Shown: piece after piece, positions 24,694 to 38,561 of the stretch
Position numbering within the stretch: position 1 is the stretch's first letter
Layout of the letters: the number at the start of each line of letters is the position of its first letter
NCBI GenBank assembly: GCA_027923505.1
Contig: BROI01000011.1
Span: 62,001 to 126,000 of the forward strand
Length of the DNA: 64,000 nt
Reading direction: 5' to 3'
DNA from: Mayamaea pseudoterrestris
Lineage: Eukaryota
Program-made: the position numbers and the translations under genes
The notes under the pieces: model-generated
The model's database searches: none
The model's input: only the letters and a program-made list of their open reading frames with translations
What the model was told of the DNA's origin: nothing

Positions 24694-26505
24694 GGTGTCG
24701 TAATCTTGGAACGATCTTGTTGCCGATTGATTTGTGAAGCGAAAGCTGCCTTCCTTTAGGACGTTAACGCAAGCGTCTTGGGAGTCATTGACGCTTCCAA
24801 GCTGGCGCAAGGGCAATAAGGGCATAAGTAAAAGAGATGGTCCGTGACTTAAGGAAGGCTTCGATGAAGGCCAAACGAAGGAATGACGTTTGAGCGTCTC
24901 AAATTTTAATATTGCCTGTGCAGTCTCTGAACGCACGTTTACCAGTGTGGGGTATTTTTGGTATAGAAATGTCTCTCTTACTCAAGTTAATGCCAAGTGA
25001 CACATTCAACAGCGAGTTCCTTCCTCATCGACGAACTTTTGATCTTGATGGGAGGCCCAGCAGTTTCTGTACCTACCGGTAGTACAATCTTTCTCAGTCG
25101 ATTCAGATGATCGAAAATGACGTGCGCGGAGTACGATTAACCAAACCAGTTGACCACTTTCTTGGCCAGGTGCAACCGAATCTTTCCATGCAGGATTGCA
25201 GACGCCTCAGCCTCAACGACCAATGACAGCAGCGAGATTGAAGGGCTCGCCAGATATTGTCGCAACATTCAGCGTACCGGTTACCGGTATGCAATGGACG
25301 CACACGATGCTTTATATACTGGTAGTACAAGTTGGAGACGCTCGGTTGGCCAGCTGCTGCTATGCGCTATGCGCAATGCGGATTGCAGATGGCGGCTCGT
25401 TGCTCGCGAAGTTCGGTCATACCAAACATTGAGCTACCGTAGATTCCTTTGCAATCACTACCCAAAGCTAATTGAGCAAATCAGCATATTTTGGTCGCGC
25501 AACTGGCTGGAATAGACGAAGACGAACGGTCGAACGGTTGACAGTTGACAGTTGACATTGGCTTGGCATTGTTGCGTGCGACGAATTTTATGCGCTTGCA
25601 TTTGAAATCTCAGTCTGCAAGCCTAGAAAACCTATGAATTGTATGAGCGTGCTCTTTAAAGCAGTATTGCATCATCCAATGAATACCAAGTAGAAGGAAG
25701 TTGGTCGTCGCGTCGTCGCAACTCGAATGTAAATCGTCCGTGATGACGCTCGTCGCTGATTTGCACTGCGACTTAAAAAATTGTCTTTTCAGACGCGCTC
25801 TATTCCTGACGATCCTCGAGACGATGGTCGCGCATTCCTTCACATCATCATCAAGATCACCATGGCATCAAGAGCCGTCGCCAGCTGGGATAAATGCCAT
25901 TGAATGCGAATGTATTATCAAGCCGCGAGCTTCAACCAGCCAAGGACGGATCATTTTTCTGAATGAATGGAGAATTGCATGATTTGATTGATGCGACATG
26001 GCGGAACCAGCGAAAAAGGAATCGGCTTGCCTGCTGATTCTTCCACGGTTTCGATGCCACTGCCGATTTTTAGCAAGCGAAACATGATCGACGAGCAGTT
26101 TTTGCAGTATTCTTTACCCGAACTGACGCGAGTCAAAGGTTGACTCTTTCTCGAGCGATTCATTGACACGAGAAAGGGAGTCGTCTCGCTGCCTCGCTGC
26201 CAGCATGAACGCTACGGATCCAAGTACAATAGCCAATGGCTCGTTGCATCGAGCTGCACGTACAACGACGCCGCTGCATGTAGCGAAGCAACAGTAGCGC
26301 CCTACTGCGTCCTACGCTCCTCGATCGAGTGACGCAAGACAAGACTACTCAACAATCTACAAATCAAAAGACGCTGGAAAAACTACCGCGGATTAAGTTT
26401 GATTACGGTTTCTACTTGCTTGGAATAATGACATGCATGGACGACGGATCAAAAGATGACATTCAACTGCCCCATCCGTCGCCTTTAAAAGCTTTCTTGG
26501 CTTTC

Positions 26506-29500
26506 TTACAAAAAGAGTCGTTCCTGATTGCCGCTCGCCGACGGATCCAAGTCGGCAAACTCACGAATCAACTCGGCAACGGCTTCCTCTCCCCTGGCTT
26601 CCCACTCGGCTCTGTTACGGACGGCATAATTCAAGCACTCGTCACTGTTCACGCCAAAGACCTTGCAATCCTTCAACTTTTTGGCCAAGGGAATGATGTA
26701 GGAATCAAAAAAGCCCAACTCGCCTTTGTACCAAAAGGACGCTGGATCGGCAGCCATTTTGCCGGAACGGAAGGCCAAGGTCAACTCCTTGAACAAGAGG
26801 CGGTTCCATTTGCGGTAAATGTGCCAGTGCTGCATGGTATGGGAGACGTCGCTTGCCTGGATAATGTGCTCCAACACAATGGTCGCCCGCAAAATGTTCT
26901 TGTCCACATTGGGAGTAATATCAGTCGAGAATGCTTTCTCCCAACGGTTCTTCCTCAAGGCATTGAGCTCCTTGTCAAAAATATCCGTCGCCATGACGGC
27001 ATTGACCATGACCTGGCGGAACCGGAGAAACTCCTCCTTGTTGGCAAAAAGGGTCTGGCGCAAGGCAGCAAACTGCTCGGACATTAACAAAGTCCAGGCA
27101 ATCTCCAGAGAGTTCTGCTCGGCGAGGCTTTGGTGCTTAAAGTGCTCAGCAAGGGCTGGCTCCTCCTTCTCCAGCTGCATATTGGAGATGCCACGGTGGT
27201 CGACATCATGAATAAGCCCACTGAATACCAAGGCAAAATGAGTGATCGGGTCCGAGTTTATGCCATGGGTATAGTCATGGATGAGCGCCATTGCTGCCTC
27301 CTTGCTCTTGCTGCAAGCCTTCTTCTCATCGTCATTAATCTCAAGCTCCGGTGTGGCAATGCGCTTCAAATGCTTGGAGATGCTCATGGTGACATGGCAG
27401 GCATGCTCAAAGTTGTGGAAAGGGTTGTCTCTGTACATGGAAGCAATGATTGAGACGTACTCACGGAGCTGTTCCAGAATAGTGGAATCAATCTCAAGGT
27501 CGCGCCACTCCGTTTCCTTGCCGTCGGCGTTGGCATCAAAGCGAGGCAACAAGATAGCTTCCACAACCTCATTAATACCGATGAGATCCTCGGACATTTG
27601 GAAGGAAGTGGACTTGGTCGTTGGATTGGCATCGCGCTTGGCTAGGATCTGCTTAAGGTATTCTCCAAGAAGCTCGGCCATCCAGTCGACTTTGCGGTCG
27701 CGCTTGAGGAGCTCTTCGGCATCGGCGCTCATTGGAACCGCGTCAATCATGGCGTCATTGTCGCTGCTATGCGTGCCACCACTGGAGGCTACACTGCCGG
27801 CCTTTTGCTTGGCTTGGGTACGCAACCAGTATGTTTGAAGGACGCCTTTACCCTTGGCGTTGACCGTGTCTTCGCGTGGGGAGAGCCAATGTCCCTTGCC
27901 AGCAATTGTAAGCATGTTGGCTGTCTCTTGTGACACTTGGATTCGTTCACGTGTGCCGGTCCTGCAATGAATCGAAATTGGCTGTGTGAGGAATGGACCG
28001 AGCGCAAGGGGACGAATGTGGGTAAAGCACATCAACAACTTACGATTCCATTCGCGAAGCAGTATTCACAGTGTCTCCAAAAAGCTGTGTGAAAAAGGAA
28101 AGAACCTTAGATTGCTACATCGTGTTGTCGTCGCGGCGCCCAAAAAACTTTTCAACTTACCTGAAAGCGACTTTTATCACCGCGCAGAACCCCTGCAGTT
28201 ACAGGACCAGAGTGCATTCCTACTCGCATGCAGAGCTCGGCGGTGTCGGGTCCAAGTGTCGTCTCGAGCCTTTGTGTTACTTCCTTGATCTTGATCATGC
28301 ACTCACTAGCAAAGCGTGCCATGATAACCGCATGGTTTGACTGCGGATCTGGCAATCCGGTGACAGCAACTGCAAAGGATTGAAGTTTAGCTACATCTCT
28401 GTACGAACGTACGCAACGACGAATTTTTTGGTGACGTACCATAGCAATCTCCAATAGTCTCGACCTTGAACACCTTGCGACTCTTAGCAATGTCATCGAA
28501 TGAGTTGTAAATGGCCTCCAACAACTGGAAGACTTGGGACGGGTCCCGCGTCGACGACCAGGCAGTGAAGCCTGATGATGAAATGGGGCCAAGGGAGTGG
28601 GTGAGCAATTGTCGACGCTGTTAAGACCGAACGACTTTGAATTAACAAGACTTACCGGAAATGTCAGCAAAGAGGACAGTGCATTCCGGAAACAAGTCAG
28701 CAATGCATGATTTGCCTTGCTCGTCGCCTCCCAAAAACTTATTTAACTTTTGGTTCTTGGATGACAGAATATCGCTGTCAGGGCTTTGCTGCATGAGCTT
28801 GTCAGCGACGCTTTTGGGAAAGAGAGACTGCACAATGGCTGTTGTTTGCTCGGCTCTTTGGAGAACAAGGTTTTGGCGTCGCTCAACGAGACGGTCATAA
28901 ACAACAAACATGATGAAAGTGAATGCAAAGACCATGGCAACGGCAAAGGTGATGAGGGCAGGCAAGCTGGTACGGTAATCATCCAACATGACCTGACTTG
29001 GGTAGGAAGTCATTTTAAAGGTGCATTCATCTTGGTTGAGCGGAATTCCGGTCGGGCTGCCGTCGTCCACGGATGATACATCTGCCATGGTTGCCATGCG
29101 GGCGTAGTGATCAAATTTGGTTTCATGCAAGTCTCCAAGACCCACCGGATCTGGCTCCGTTCCGGTAATTTTGAAAGTGTAAATGTCACCGTCGACCGCC
29201 GAACAAGTGCTCTCTAAAACCATGTTAATGCCGCGGATCTGCTGGGGCAAGACATTGACAAAGTAGCTTTCCCAGCGGATGAGGGCAGACATGAGTGCGA
29301 CTGGCCTCTTTGTGGCCTGGTCAAAGCTATCGAAGACAGGCAGATAGAAACGCGTCAACGGACTGGTGATGTAGGGAAAGGGACGACGTTTTGAAATGGA
29401 AAGAAGTGTGGTATATAGCTTCGTCTCTGCGGCAGTGTATACGACAAGCGTTAGCAGCGGCGCGGCTGAGTCTAATAGCGACAAGCAAAGCATTTTAGCA

Positions 29501-30590
29501 TACCTGGTGTAGCGTCGCTCTGTCCGTAGTCATCGCCGGCAAATTCAAAACCGCCAATGACGACTGTCCCAGTTGCGACCGTTGCGTTTGCGTATCTGGC
29601 CGCATCTGGATCGCTGAGCAAGTTTCTATTGACAAGGGTGCGGATAAAAACTGGCGACGTCTGCCAAGTTGGCAGGTACGGCCCTTTGGAGGGGTCAATG
29701 ATTGCGTCTCCTTCGTCGTTGAGAGTAAAGATGTGGTTTGCCAAGCCATCCAAGATCAGGTTTGGATCCGGTGACACTCGTTGTTTGACGTCCTTGAGAT
29801 CGAAGTTGACACCAAATTTATCATAATGTAGCAGTTTTTCGTAGTCTAATCCTTCCTCGTGCCATCCAGCATCCTCGCTTGTGAAGCTATAGGCCTCCCA
29901 CTCGTCGCGCTCGCCTGAGGAAACAAGCGGATTCGTGGTGACAAGGAGAGCGCCGGAGAGTGCGCGGGTGGTCAACGCTCTGTGTTGAAACCAAGACAGG
30001 CTCATTTCTGGCCATTCGTTCTCGTGGTCCACTGTAAAACATGTTTATAAGGATCGTGAGTATCATTTTGAACTAGTGCCGACTGATGTCCGCCCGCGGC
30101 ATGCTGCTGTACAGGCGGCGCATCATCCACACGATACTTACAAGCGTGAGCCGTCATTGCCACAGTCAATGAAGAGAGAGCCCCAAGGCGGCTTTGCGCG
30201 ATCTGCTGGAAGGTGGCTGTGTGTAGACGATTGTGAAAGTGTGTGAGAGTCGTGCTCATGACGATCGCTCAACTCGCTACCAACCAACCGATACCGACAC
30301 TCACCAAGCAATTTCTCAGAAGCGCCAAAATACATTGCAGTAAAACTCTGCTCTTCACTGCGCAAAGTGATGAAATATACGACGGTGGAAATTGCAATGC
30401 CTGCCAGCACCATGATGAGGAGAACGAAGCGCTTCAATCTTGTCACTTGCGCCGACTCGTTCTTAAACATGGCCTCCTTCTCCTCTAGTAGCTCTTGACC
30501 GCTCTTGGTAGAGGCATTTGAAGTGCTGAGGTTGCCGCTGTGACCGCTACTGACGCTCTGTTCATCGCTCTCGCTGGCTTGAGAGTTCAT
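26506..30590 (-). CDS. Receptor-type cyclase/PDE fusion, copy 2 (8 exons)
   Basis: Same domain order and motifs as copy 1; ORF fragments 30138..30590, 29472..30032, 28642..29493, 28387..28608, 28152..28703 and 26506..28038 join via GT-AG introns. Confidence 0.92.
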
Positions 30591-32554
30591 CGTTCTTATA
30601 AGAGGATTTCTGAATGCGACTGGCGAGGTAACCGGATCTGTTTAAACTTGCGCTTGATTGCGGATCTTTTTGCCTTGCACTTGCTGGAATGCTGTAAGCT
30701 GTAATGCTCGATTGATAATTATATTGCGTTTGTTGCTTGTTTCAGGCGAGATTGGCTCGGATGAAAAAGTGAGCGGAAGGTGCTCGATTGCGTCGGGAAG
30801 TTGATTGAATCGGTGATGCCATTTTCACGACCTTCAATATCAATGGAGTTGAACGAGAAGCCGTTCCAATATAGCCTTTCCCGACGAAGAAGGCGAAGTG
30901 TTCGAGTTTATAGCTCGTCACTCGACTCCGAGGGTCCTTTGAGACTATTCAAACTCTGCTTCATTTCGTCAATTAAATCCTCATGTGTTCTTTCCCGCAT
31001 GAGAGGTCCAAAGCCGGATGCATGCCGACGACGCTCGCTGCTCTTTGATGTTAATTGGTGTCACGTCAATTGCCTAACGTGCTCAGCACGGATAAAAAGA
31101 GCGTTCTCTCGGCTCAATGACATCTCCGGGATATACGCCCTTACATTCTTGAACGAGATTGTCTCTAGGGTGTGGTTGACTGGATCTTTCGCTACTCCCA
31201 CTCCTACTTGTACCGAAATTATTGCGTGTCCATGTTCAAAGGCAACCTAAGCCTGCGGATATCTGTGTTTAAAGTTTATGGTGGCTGTGCATAGATTTTT
31301 CATGGTTGCTGCACTAGTTTACATGATATCTATCATGCGGCATCATTGCCCGATCGCAACAATTGCATCGCTTGCATTCATTGTTAAGGGACAATTTTCC
31401 GTACCTTCTCCGGTACTGTAGGGCAACTGATTTTACAATACATAAAATAGCAAGTGCAGGCAACGCATGCGGAGCGCTGCCAGCACGCCACAACTATAAC
31501 CAAAGTATATGCATCGCCTTGGATGAATGGATTTGAAAAAGGAGGATCATATTATTGTGTTTGTTTGACACGACAGGCTCGCTCGCTATGGACTCGGCCG
31601 GCGTGTGTGTCAGTGCCAGTACGATTTGATGAAGCAGTGTTTGTGACGAGGCGCCGACGGCTCATCACTATGGCTGTTGCCATAACCACCATGGCGCTTT
31701 TCCTCTGTACTAATAAATAGCGCGGCGTTAAACTCCGAATATGATTGGATCGAGCAAATACTCGGATGCCTATTTTCGATATAGCGAGCTCACTACGTGA
31801 TCAGGGCGCATGCGGGCGCAGCGATACGACTTGCTTGTTGCTTATGTTCGATTCTACTTGCTTTGACAAAGAGAGCAATAGTATGCTGCAGGAAATCATA
31901 ACAGCACCATTGGAGCACTCTCAGAGCTTCCCCTTTCGCATCGCTGACTGACTCTTCGCGCCGGCATGATGATTGACGCTCCAGCTCCGTGTTGCTTGAT
32001 ATGAATCGGCATCGTCTACGCATCGCAAAGGCTTAGGGCCAACTGCGAATCAACGAAGAAGCTACGATGCTTTGAAATCATACTTACAGTCATGGCGTCG
32101 AATAAAAGACGTGCGACAGCGCAGTCGCTCGTCGCCAGCCTCGCTCCGAAGCAACAGAACATTTTTGACATATTCCAACCATGGGTGCATCGATGCCCGA
32201 TGCCGCTGAGTTCGTGATACGCGTACACGGCTATTGGACTTGCGCACGCCAGTCTATACATTCGAACTGCCAAAAAATACCCTCACGACGCGACGATTTG
32301 ATGGCATGATTCATGATGAATTTGGGAGACGCGAGGCGGTGATTGCTGATCCAGCCTGTGCTACTCGACAATTTACAAGGGAAGGAAAGTTTGCAGCGAG
32401 AGCTGGGTGCCTGCCATGCCATCGTCGTCCGTAGGAAGGACTTTAACAGCGGTGGTTCCAACTCCTACATGAGCAATCTTTTGTTTAAACAATAAAGAAT
32501 ATCAATTCGGGGTTTTATAATATTCATATGATTTCGACACGACGGTTGGCCGAC

Positions 32555-35500
32555 TTAAAGAAAGAGTCTTGCCTCATTGCCGGGATCCTGGAGGTCTGCA
32601 AACTCTTTCACTAGTTCAGCAACCGCCTCCTCTCCCCTGGCTTCCCACTCAGCTCTATTACGAACGGCATAGTTCAAGCACTCATCACTGTTGACGCCAA
32701 AGACCTTGCAGTCCTTTAACTTCTTGGCCAAAGGAATGATGTAGGAATCAAAAAAGCCCAATTCGCCCTTGTACCAAAACGACGCCGGGTCAGCTGCCAT
32801 TTTACCGGAGCGGTAGGCCAAGGTCAGCTCTTTAAAGAGGAGACGGTTCCATTTGCGGTAAATGTGCCAGTGCTGCATGGTATGAGACACGTCCGAGGCT
32901 TGAATGATATGCTCCAAGACGATGGTTGCCCGCAAAATGTTCTTGTCCACATTTGGGGAAACCTCGGCGGAGAAAGCCTTTTCCCAACGGTTCTTCCTCA
33001 AGGCATTGAGCTCCTTGTCAAAAATATCCGTCGCCATGACGGCATTTACCATAACTTGACGGAAACGAAGGAACTCTTCCTTGCTGGCAAAAAGGGTTTG
33101 CCTTAAGCCAGCGAACTGCTCGGACATCAACAGAGTCCAGGCAATTTCCAAGGAGTTCTGCTCGGCTAGACTCTGGTGCTTGAAGTGCTCGGCAAGAGCA
33201 GGCTCCTCCTTCTCCAGCTGCATGTTGGAGATGCCCCGGTGGTCAACATCATGTATCAACCCGCTGAACACCAATGCAAAGTGGGTGATTGGATCCGAGT
33301 TAATACCATGGGTATAGTCATGGATGAGCGCCATGGCTGCTCCCTTGGACTTGCTGCAGGCCTTCTTCTCGTCATCATTAATCTCAAGTTCCGGTGTGGC
33401 AATGCGCTTCAAGTGCTTGGAGATGCTCATGGTGACGTGACAAGCGTGCTCAAAGTTGTGAAAGGGATTCTCGCGGTACATGGAAGCAATGATGGAGACG
33501 TATTCTCGCAGCTGACCAAAGACGACGGGGTCAATCTCGATATCATGCCAGTCGCCCTCAGTTGACTCCTTGTTGGCGTCAAAGCGAGGCAGTAAAATGG
33601 CTTCCACCACTTCGTTGATTCCAATTAAATCCTCCGGCATCTCGATACTGCCAGCCGGACGTGCCTTGGATGATAACGGATCGACTCGTTTGCCAAGTAT
33701 CTGCTTCAAGTACTCGCCAAGGAGCTCCGCCATCCAATCAACCTTGCGGTCGCGCTTGAGAATGTCTTCTGCCTCAGCACTTGCAGGGACGTCCAAGTCC
33801 ATTGCCATGTCATTGTTGCTGCTGTGGGTTCCACCACTAGAGGCAACGCTCCCCGCCTTTTGTTTGGATTGAGTGCGAAGCCAATACGTCTGAAGCACTC
33901 CCTTGCCCTTGGCATTAACAGTGTCCTCGCGCGGCGACAGCCAATGGCCTTTGCCGGCCAAAGTCAAAATATTTGCGGTCTCTTGCGACACTTGAATCTT
34001 CTCTCTTGTACCAGTCCTGTTGGAGAAAATGATTGAATGCACTGTCAGTTCTAGTCGCGCGGCAGTGAAAGCAGGTGCAAACAAGTAGCGTCTACTTACG
34101 ATTCCATGCGGGAAGCAGTATTGACAGTATCCCCAAACAACTGTTTTGAGAAAGAGCGAGTGATGTGAGTATGTCTAGTGTGTTGTCAATGTGAGCTCGA
34201 GACGAAAAAATAACACACTCACCTGGAAGCGACTTTTATCGCCTCTAAGGACACCAGCTGTCACAGGTCCTGAATGCAAACCGACTCGCATGCAAAGCTC
34301 CGCAGTGTCTGGACCGAGGGTGGTCTCAAGGCGTTGAGTCACCTCCTTCATCTTGATCATGCACTCACTGGCAAACCGGGCCATGATAACGGCATGATTC
34401 GCTTGCGGGTCTGGAAGGCCGGTCACAGCAACTACAAAGGCAGCGGAAGATGTGAGCTTCATGGAGATATTTGTATTACATCAACTCCTAGAAACGTACC
34501 GTAGCAATCGCCAATCGTTTCAACCTTGAACACCTTGCGGCTTTTAGCAATGTCATCAAAAGCGTTGTAAATGGACTCGAGTAGCTGAAACACTTGAGAT
34601 GGGTCGCGCGTCGATGACCAAGCGGTGAATCCTGCGGTAGTAAGAAGAAGATGGTATCGGTGAGCGACTGGTCAGTGGAGTAGAATACAAGATGGCAACC
34701 AACAACATACCAGAAATATCAGCAAAAAGTACGGTGCACTCGGGGAACAAGTCGGCAATTGTCTTGGTGGCTTGGTCGTCGCCACTGAGAAACTTGTTGA
34801 GGCGTTGGTTTTTGGACGCGAGCGGATCCATATCTCTCGTCTCCTGAATCAACTTGTCGGCAACGCTCTTGGGGAACAGAGATTGAACAATGGCCGTTGT
34901 TTGTTCTGCCCTTTGAAGCACCAGATTTTGTCGACGCTCGACCAGTCGATCGTAGACGATGAACATGAGAAAGGTAAAAGCGAACACCATGGCGACCGCA
35001 AAGGTGATGAGCGCCGGCAAGCTTGTGCGATAGTCGTCAAGCATCACTTGGGTCGGGTACGAGGTCATTTGGAAGGTGCATTCGCCTTGGTTTAACACGA
35101 TTCCATTTGGACTACCATCATCAACCGTCTCAACATCGGCCATGGTTGCCATGCGGGCCAAATGATTAAACTTGGGGTCGTGGTGGTCGCCCATGCCGAC
35201 TGGATCGGGTTCGTGTCCAGTAATAACAAAGGTGTAAACGTCGCCATCAGTTGCTGAGCAAGTGCTCTCCAACACCATGTGGATGCCTCGTATCTGCTCC
35301 GGCAATATATTGACAAAGTAGCTCTCCCAACGAAAAAGTGCCGTCATTAACGCCGTTGGCTTTTTGGTTGCTTCGTCAAAGGTGTCGAAGATAGGAACGT
35401 AAACCCTTTGGACGCGGAGGAGAAAGAGCGACGTTAGAAAGGGATCGTCGTGAGACCATGCACTGACAAGAAAATGATATTCTTACCGAGTCAGCGGGCT

Positions 35501-36606
35501 TGTTACATATGGAAAGACGCGTTTCTTGCTAATTGAGAGAAGCGTAGTGAAAAGGTTTGTTTCCGTTTCATCGACTGGAAATTCAAAGCCGCCAAACACA
35601 ACTGTCGACGTCAAAAGACTGGCATTCGCAAATTTGCTGGCAGCAGCGTCGGTGAGAATATTGCGATTAACCAGCGCTCGCAAAAAGACGGGTGAGGTTT
35701 CCCAAGTAGGAAGGTATGGACCTTTGGAAGGATCAATGATGGCGCCGCCAGTGTCATCCAAGGTGAAAATGTGATTGGCAACGCCGGTCGAAAGATTGAG
35801 AGCAGGATCGTGCGTCACTCGTTGAGAGACATGCGACAAGTCAAAGGAGACTCCATAATCGCCGTAATCAAGCTCCTTCTGGTAGTCCAATCCTTCAGTG
35901 TGCCATTCGGCTTGGGTGAACGAGTAATTTTCCCAGCTTTCACGCTCATCTTGCTCAACCAACGGGTTGATGGTTACGAGTAGAGCGCCCGACAAGGCGC
36001 GAGTCGTCAAAGCTCGATGCTGGAACCAACTGAGGCTCGTCCATCCCTTCTTGTGGTCTACTATGAGTTATGGGAGGACAATCACTGTAAGAACTGAGGT
36101 TCGTGTCGAAGTTTCGAAGCAATGCGAGGAAACATTTTTATGAACAACTCACACATATGGGCCGTCGTGGCGACAGTCAATGAGCTCACGGCGCCAAGGC
36201 GCTGCTCAGCAATCTCCTGGAAGGTCGCTGCAGAAGAAAGAGTTGAAAGGAGCGTTAGCGCGACGAGTAATATAAGAGACGGACGACACAATTATTCCAA
36301 CTCAAACTTACCAAGCAATTTTTCCGAACTGCCATAGTAAGTTGCAGTGAAGTTATTGATTTCCGAATTACGCGCCACCACATAGATAACAGCTGAAACT
36401 GCTATGCCGGCAAGCAGCATGATGAGGAGGACTAAGCGCTTCAATCTTGTGACTTGCACGCTCTCGTTTTTGAACATTGCTTCCTTCTCCTCCAATAGCT
36501 CCTGCCCGCTCTTGCTAGAGGCATTGCTGGTGCTGAGGTCCGCTTTGGATCCAGTGTTGCCACTGCTTTCGCTGCGCTCGTCACTCTCGCTGTGCATTGA
36601 GGCCAT
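32555..36606 (-). CDS. Receptor-type cyclase/PDE fusion, copy 3 (8 exons)
   Basis: Same domain order and motifs; start MASMHSESDE at 36606; PDE region almost identical to copy 2 at protein level. Confidence 0.92.
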
Positions 36607-37266
36607 GGTGGACTCGTATCGTATCGTGTTGACTGTGATTCCCTTCGTTTCGCTCAAAATTGTGAGCCACGATTTCGCGTCCACGCTGGCATTTGCTTTG
36701 ACAAGCCCACTTCGGATCGTGTTGATTACTTGAAGTGAAATGTGCATAGTGACACGATTTCTGTTCCAAGGAACGAGGTCCGGGCATAAGTTGTGACACC
36801 GATGGGAACCTTGTCGGGTCAGGCGACCGTCACAAATAAGCAAGCACGCGGCGACTGGCGTCGAAGGATCGTCATCTTCAATTCTTTACAATGACTCAAT
36901 AAAAGCGCTCGTGCTTCATGAACGCGAAGGATGCTTGTTGACATTTTTTAGAAGACACTTCAAACGCACACTGATTAACGGGAACGGCCAGAAACGAGAA
37001 TACCACCCATTCCTTGAGTTTGGCTTGGTCGTGTTTGAAGCCTCATGACGACCCAAATCGTTTGCCGAGCGAATATCCAAGCAGCGAGCCAAATATTAAC
37101 CGAATACCGGTACGAGATCCGAATCGCGGTGACGTGTGATGTGATAGCAGCATTGAAGTTTAGCTAACTGGTACAATTATACAGCGTATCACTGTACATG
37201 CATAGCATTCTATTGTCGTATGTAACGTAGCATGTCTAATATACAAAAGGATATCCGATTTTCGCT

Positions 37267-38561
37267 TTACTGCTTGGCACTGATGCGATGAATGAGTTGG
37301 TTCATTTCCTCAGGATCAAATCCAAAGTCTTCCTCCTCCTCGTCGCCATCCTCCGAGTCGCTCAAATCGGATTCCTCATCCGAGTCACTGTAGTCTTCGT
37401 CGTCATCATCCGAATCATCGTTAGCAGTGGTAGCATCTTGCCTGTCCTGCTCCATCATCATGTAGCGAGCTTCCGTTGGCTTCATCTTGCCGCTGACCAC
37501 CATGCGAGCCAGCTCCAGTGAAAGAGCGTTGGCTGGATCAGAGATTGGATTCGAATGCGCCGGCTTGGTGCACAATGCAGGTTGCTGCTCCTGCTGATCC
37601 TGTCCTTGCTGCTTTTGCTTCAGGTTTGGCCAAAACTGGTCCTTGTGCTTGGCAAGCCACTGCAGCCACTCGTTCCAGTGGTCCTTGCGTATGTAGTCGA
37701 GCGGCAGTGAACCGCGCGAGTCTTGCATGCGCATGAGGCTTGGGTCAGCCTGCAGCAAGAGTTCCACAAGCTCCAGCGCCGGCTCACTGGCCCAGCAGGC
37801 GTCGTGAAGGGGCGTGCGTCCAAAGTCGTCCGACACTTGCACCGAGGCGCCGGCGTCGAGCATGACTTTGAGAAAGTCCAATTGTCCGCGACGACAGACC
37901 ATGTGCAACAGAGACTCGCCGAAGGAGTTGCATGGATTTGGTGAAATGCCAGAGTTCATAATGGATGTAAAGGCTTCAATGTCGTTGGTTTTGATAAGAT
38001 CGGCCAAGTAGCGATCGTACGATGCTTGTTGAAGTTCTGATGGCTTGTTGTAGTAGGCAGTTTCAAGTGTCTTGAAGGGAGTACTTCCATAGCCTCGCGT
38101 ATGAAGCATGCCGTCCATGTATTGGCGGGGTGAAAGTGTTGGTGCTGGTGGCTGAGAAATGAAAGCGAGGGAACAAACGTGTAAGAGAAGAACGGGGCAG
38201 TACGAGACGAGAGCAGTCATTCTCGCTTGCATATGCTTACCTTGCGCGCCTTGCGGACACTGCCATTGGTATGCGAGCTGGCTGGACTCAGTTCAACGCT
38301 CATGTCTGCCGTCGATTCTTCCGCTAATGGAGGTGGCGGAGTGTTGCAATCCTTGCGTCCAAAAATGACGCGACGCATGAAGGAACGCTTCTTGGAGGTC
38401 GATGACGACATGGAAGGCAAGTGCATGGAAGGTTTGGTAAAGGTTTTGCAGGCAATTTGACTGGGCGGTGCAACATGGACTTCCTTCCCGCGATTGCTCG
38501 CAAGGAAGATGCTCTGCAGCGCCATGGGGATGCGCGACTTGTGCTGAACGGTTACCGTCAT
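37267..38561 (-). CDS. Ankyrin-repeat protein with acidic C-terminus (intron 38152-38240)
   Basis: NSFGESLLHMVCRRG, DDFGRTPLHDACW and DSRGSLPLDY ankyrin motifs; the exon 1 ORF 38217..38561 splices in frame. Confidence 0.85.

Noticed and set aside
25537..25557. (GTTGACA)x3 short tandem repeat
   Set aside because: Simple minisatellite with no spacers or supporting context; not CRISPR-like.
25610..26169. Short minus-strand ORFs between cyclase copies 1 and 2
   Set aside because: No recognisable homology or convincing splice model.
26329..27838. Long plus-strand ORFs (252 aa, 185 aa) over the cyclase/PDE gene
   Set aside because: Antisense shadows of a well-supported coding sequence.
30780..32461. 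Short ORFs between cyclase copies 2 and 3
   Set aside because: No motifs or paralogy; treated as intergenic.
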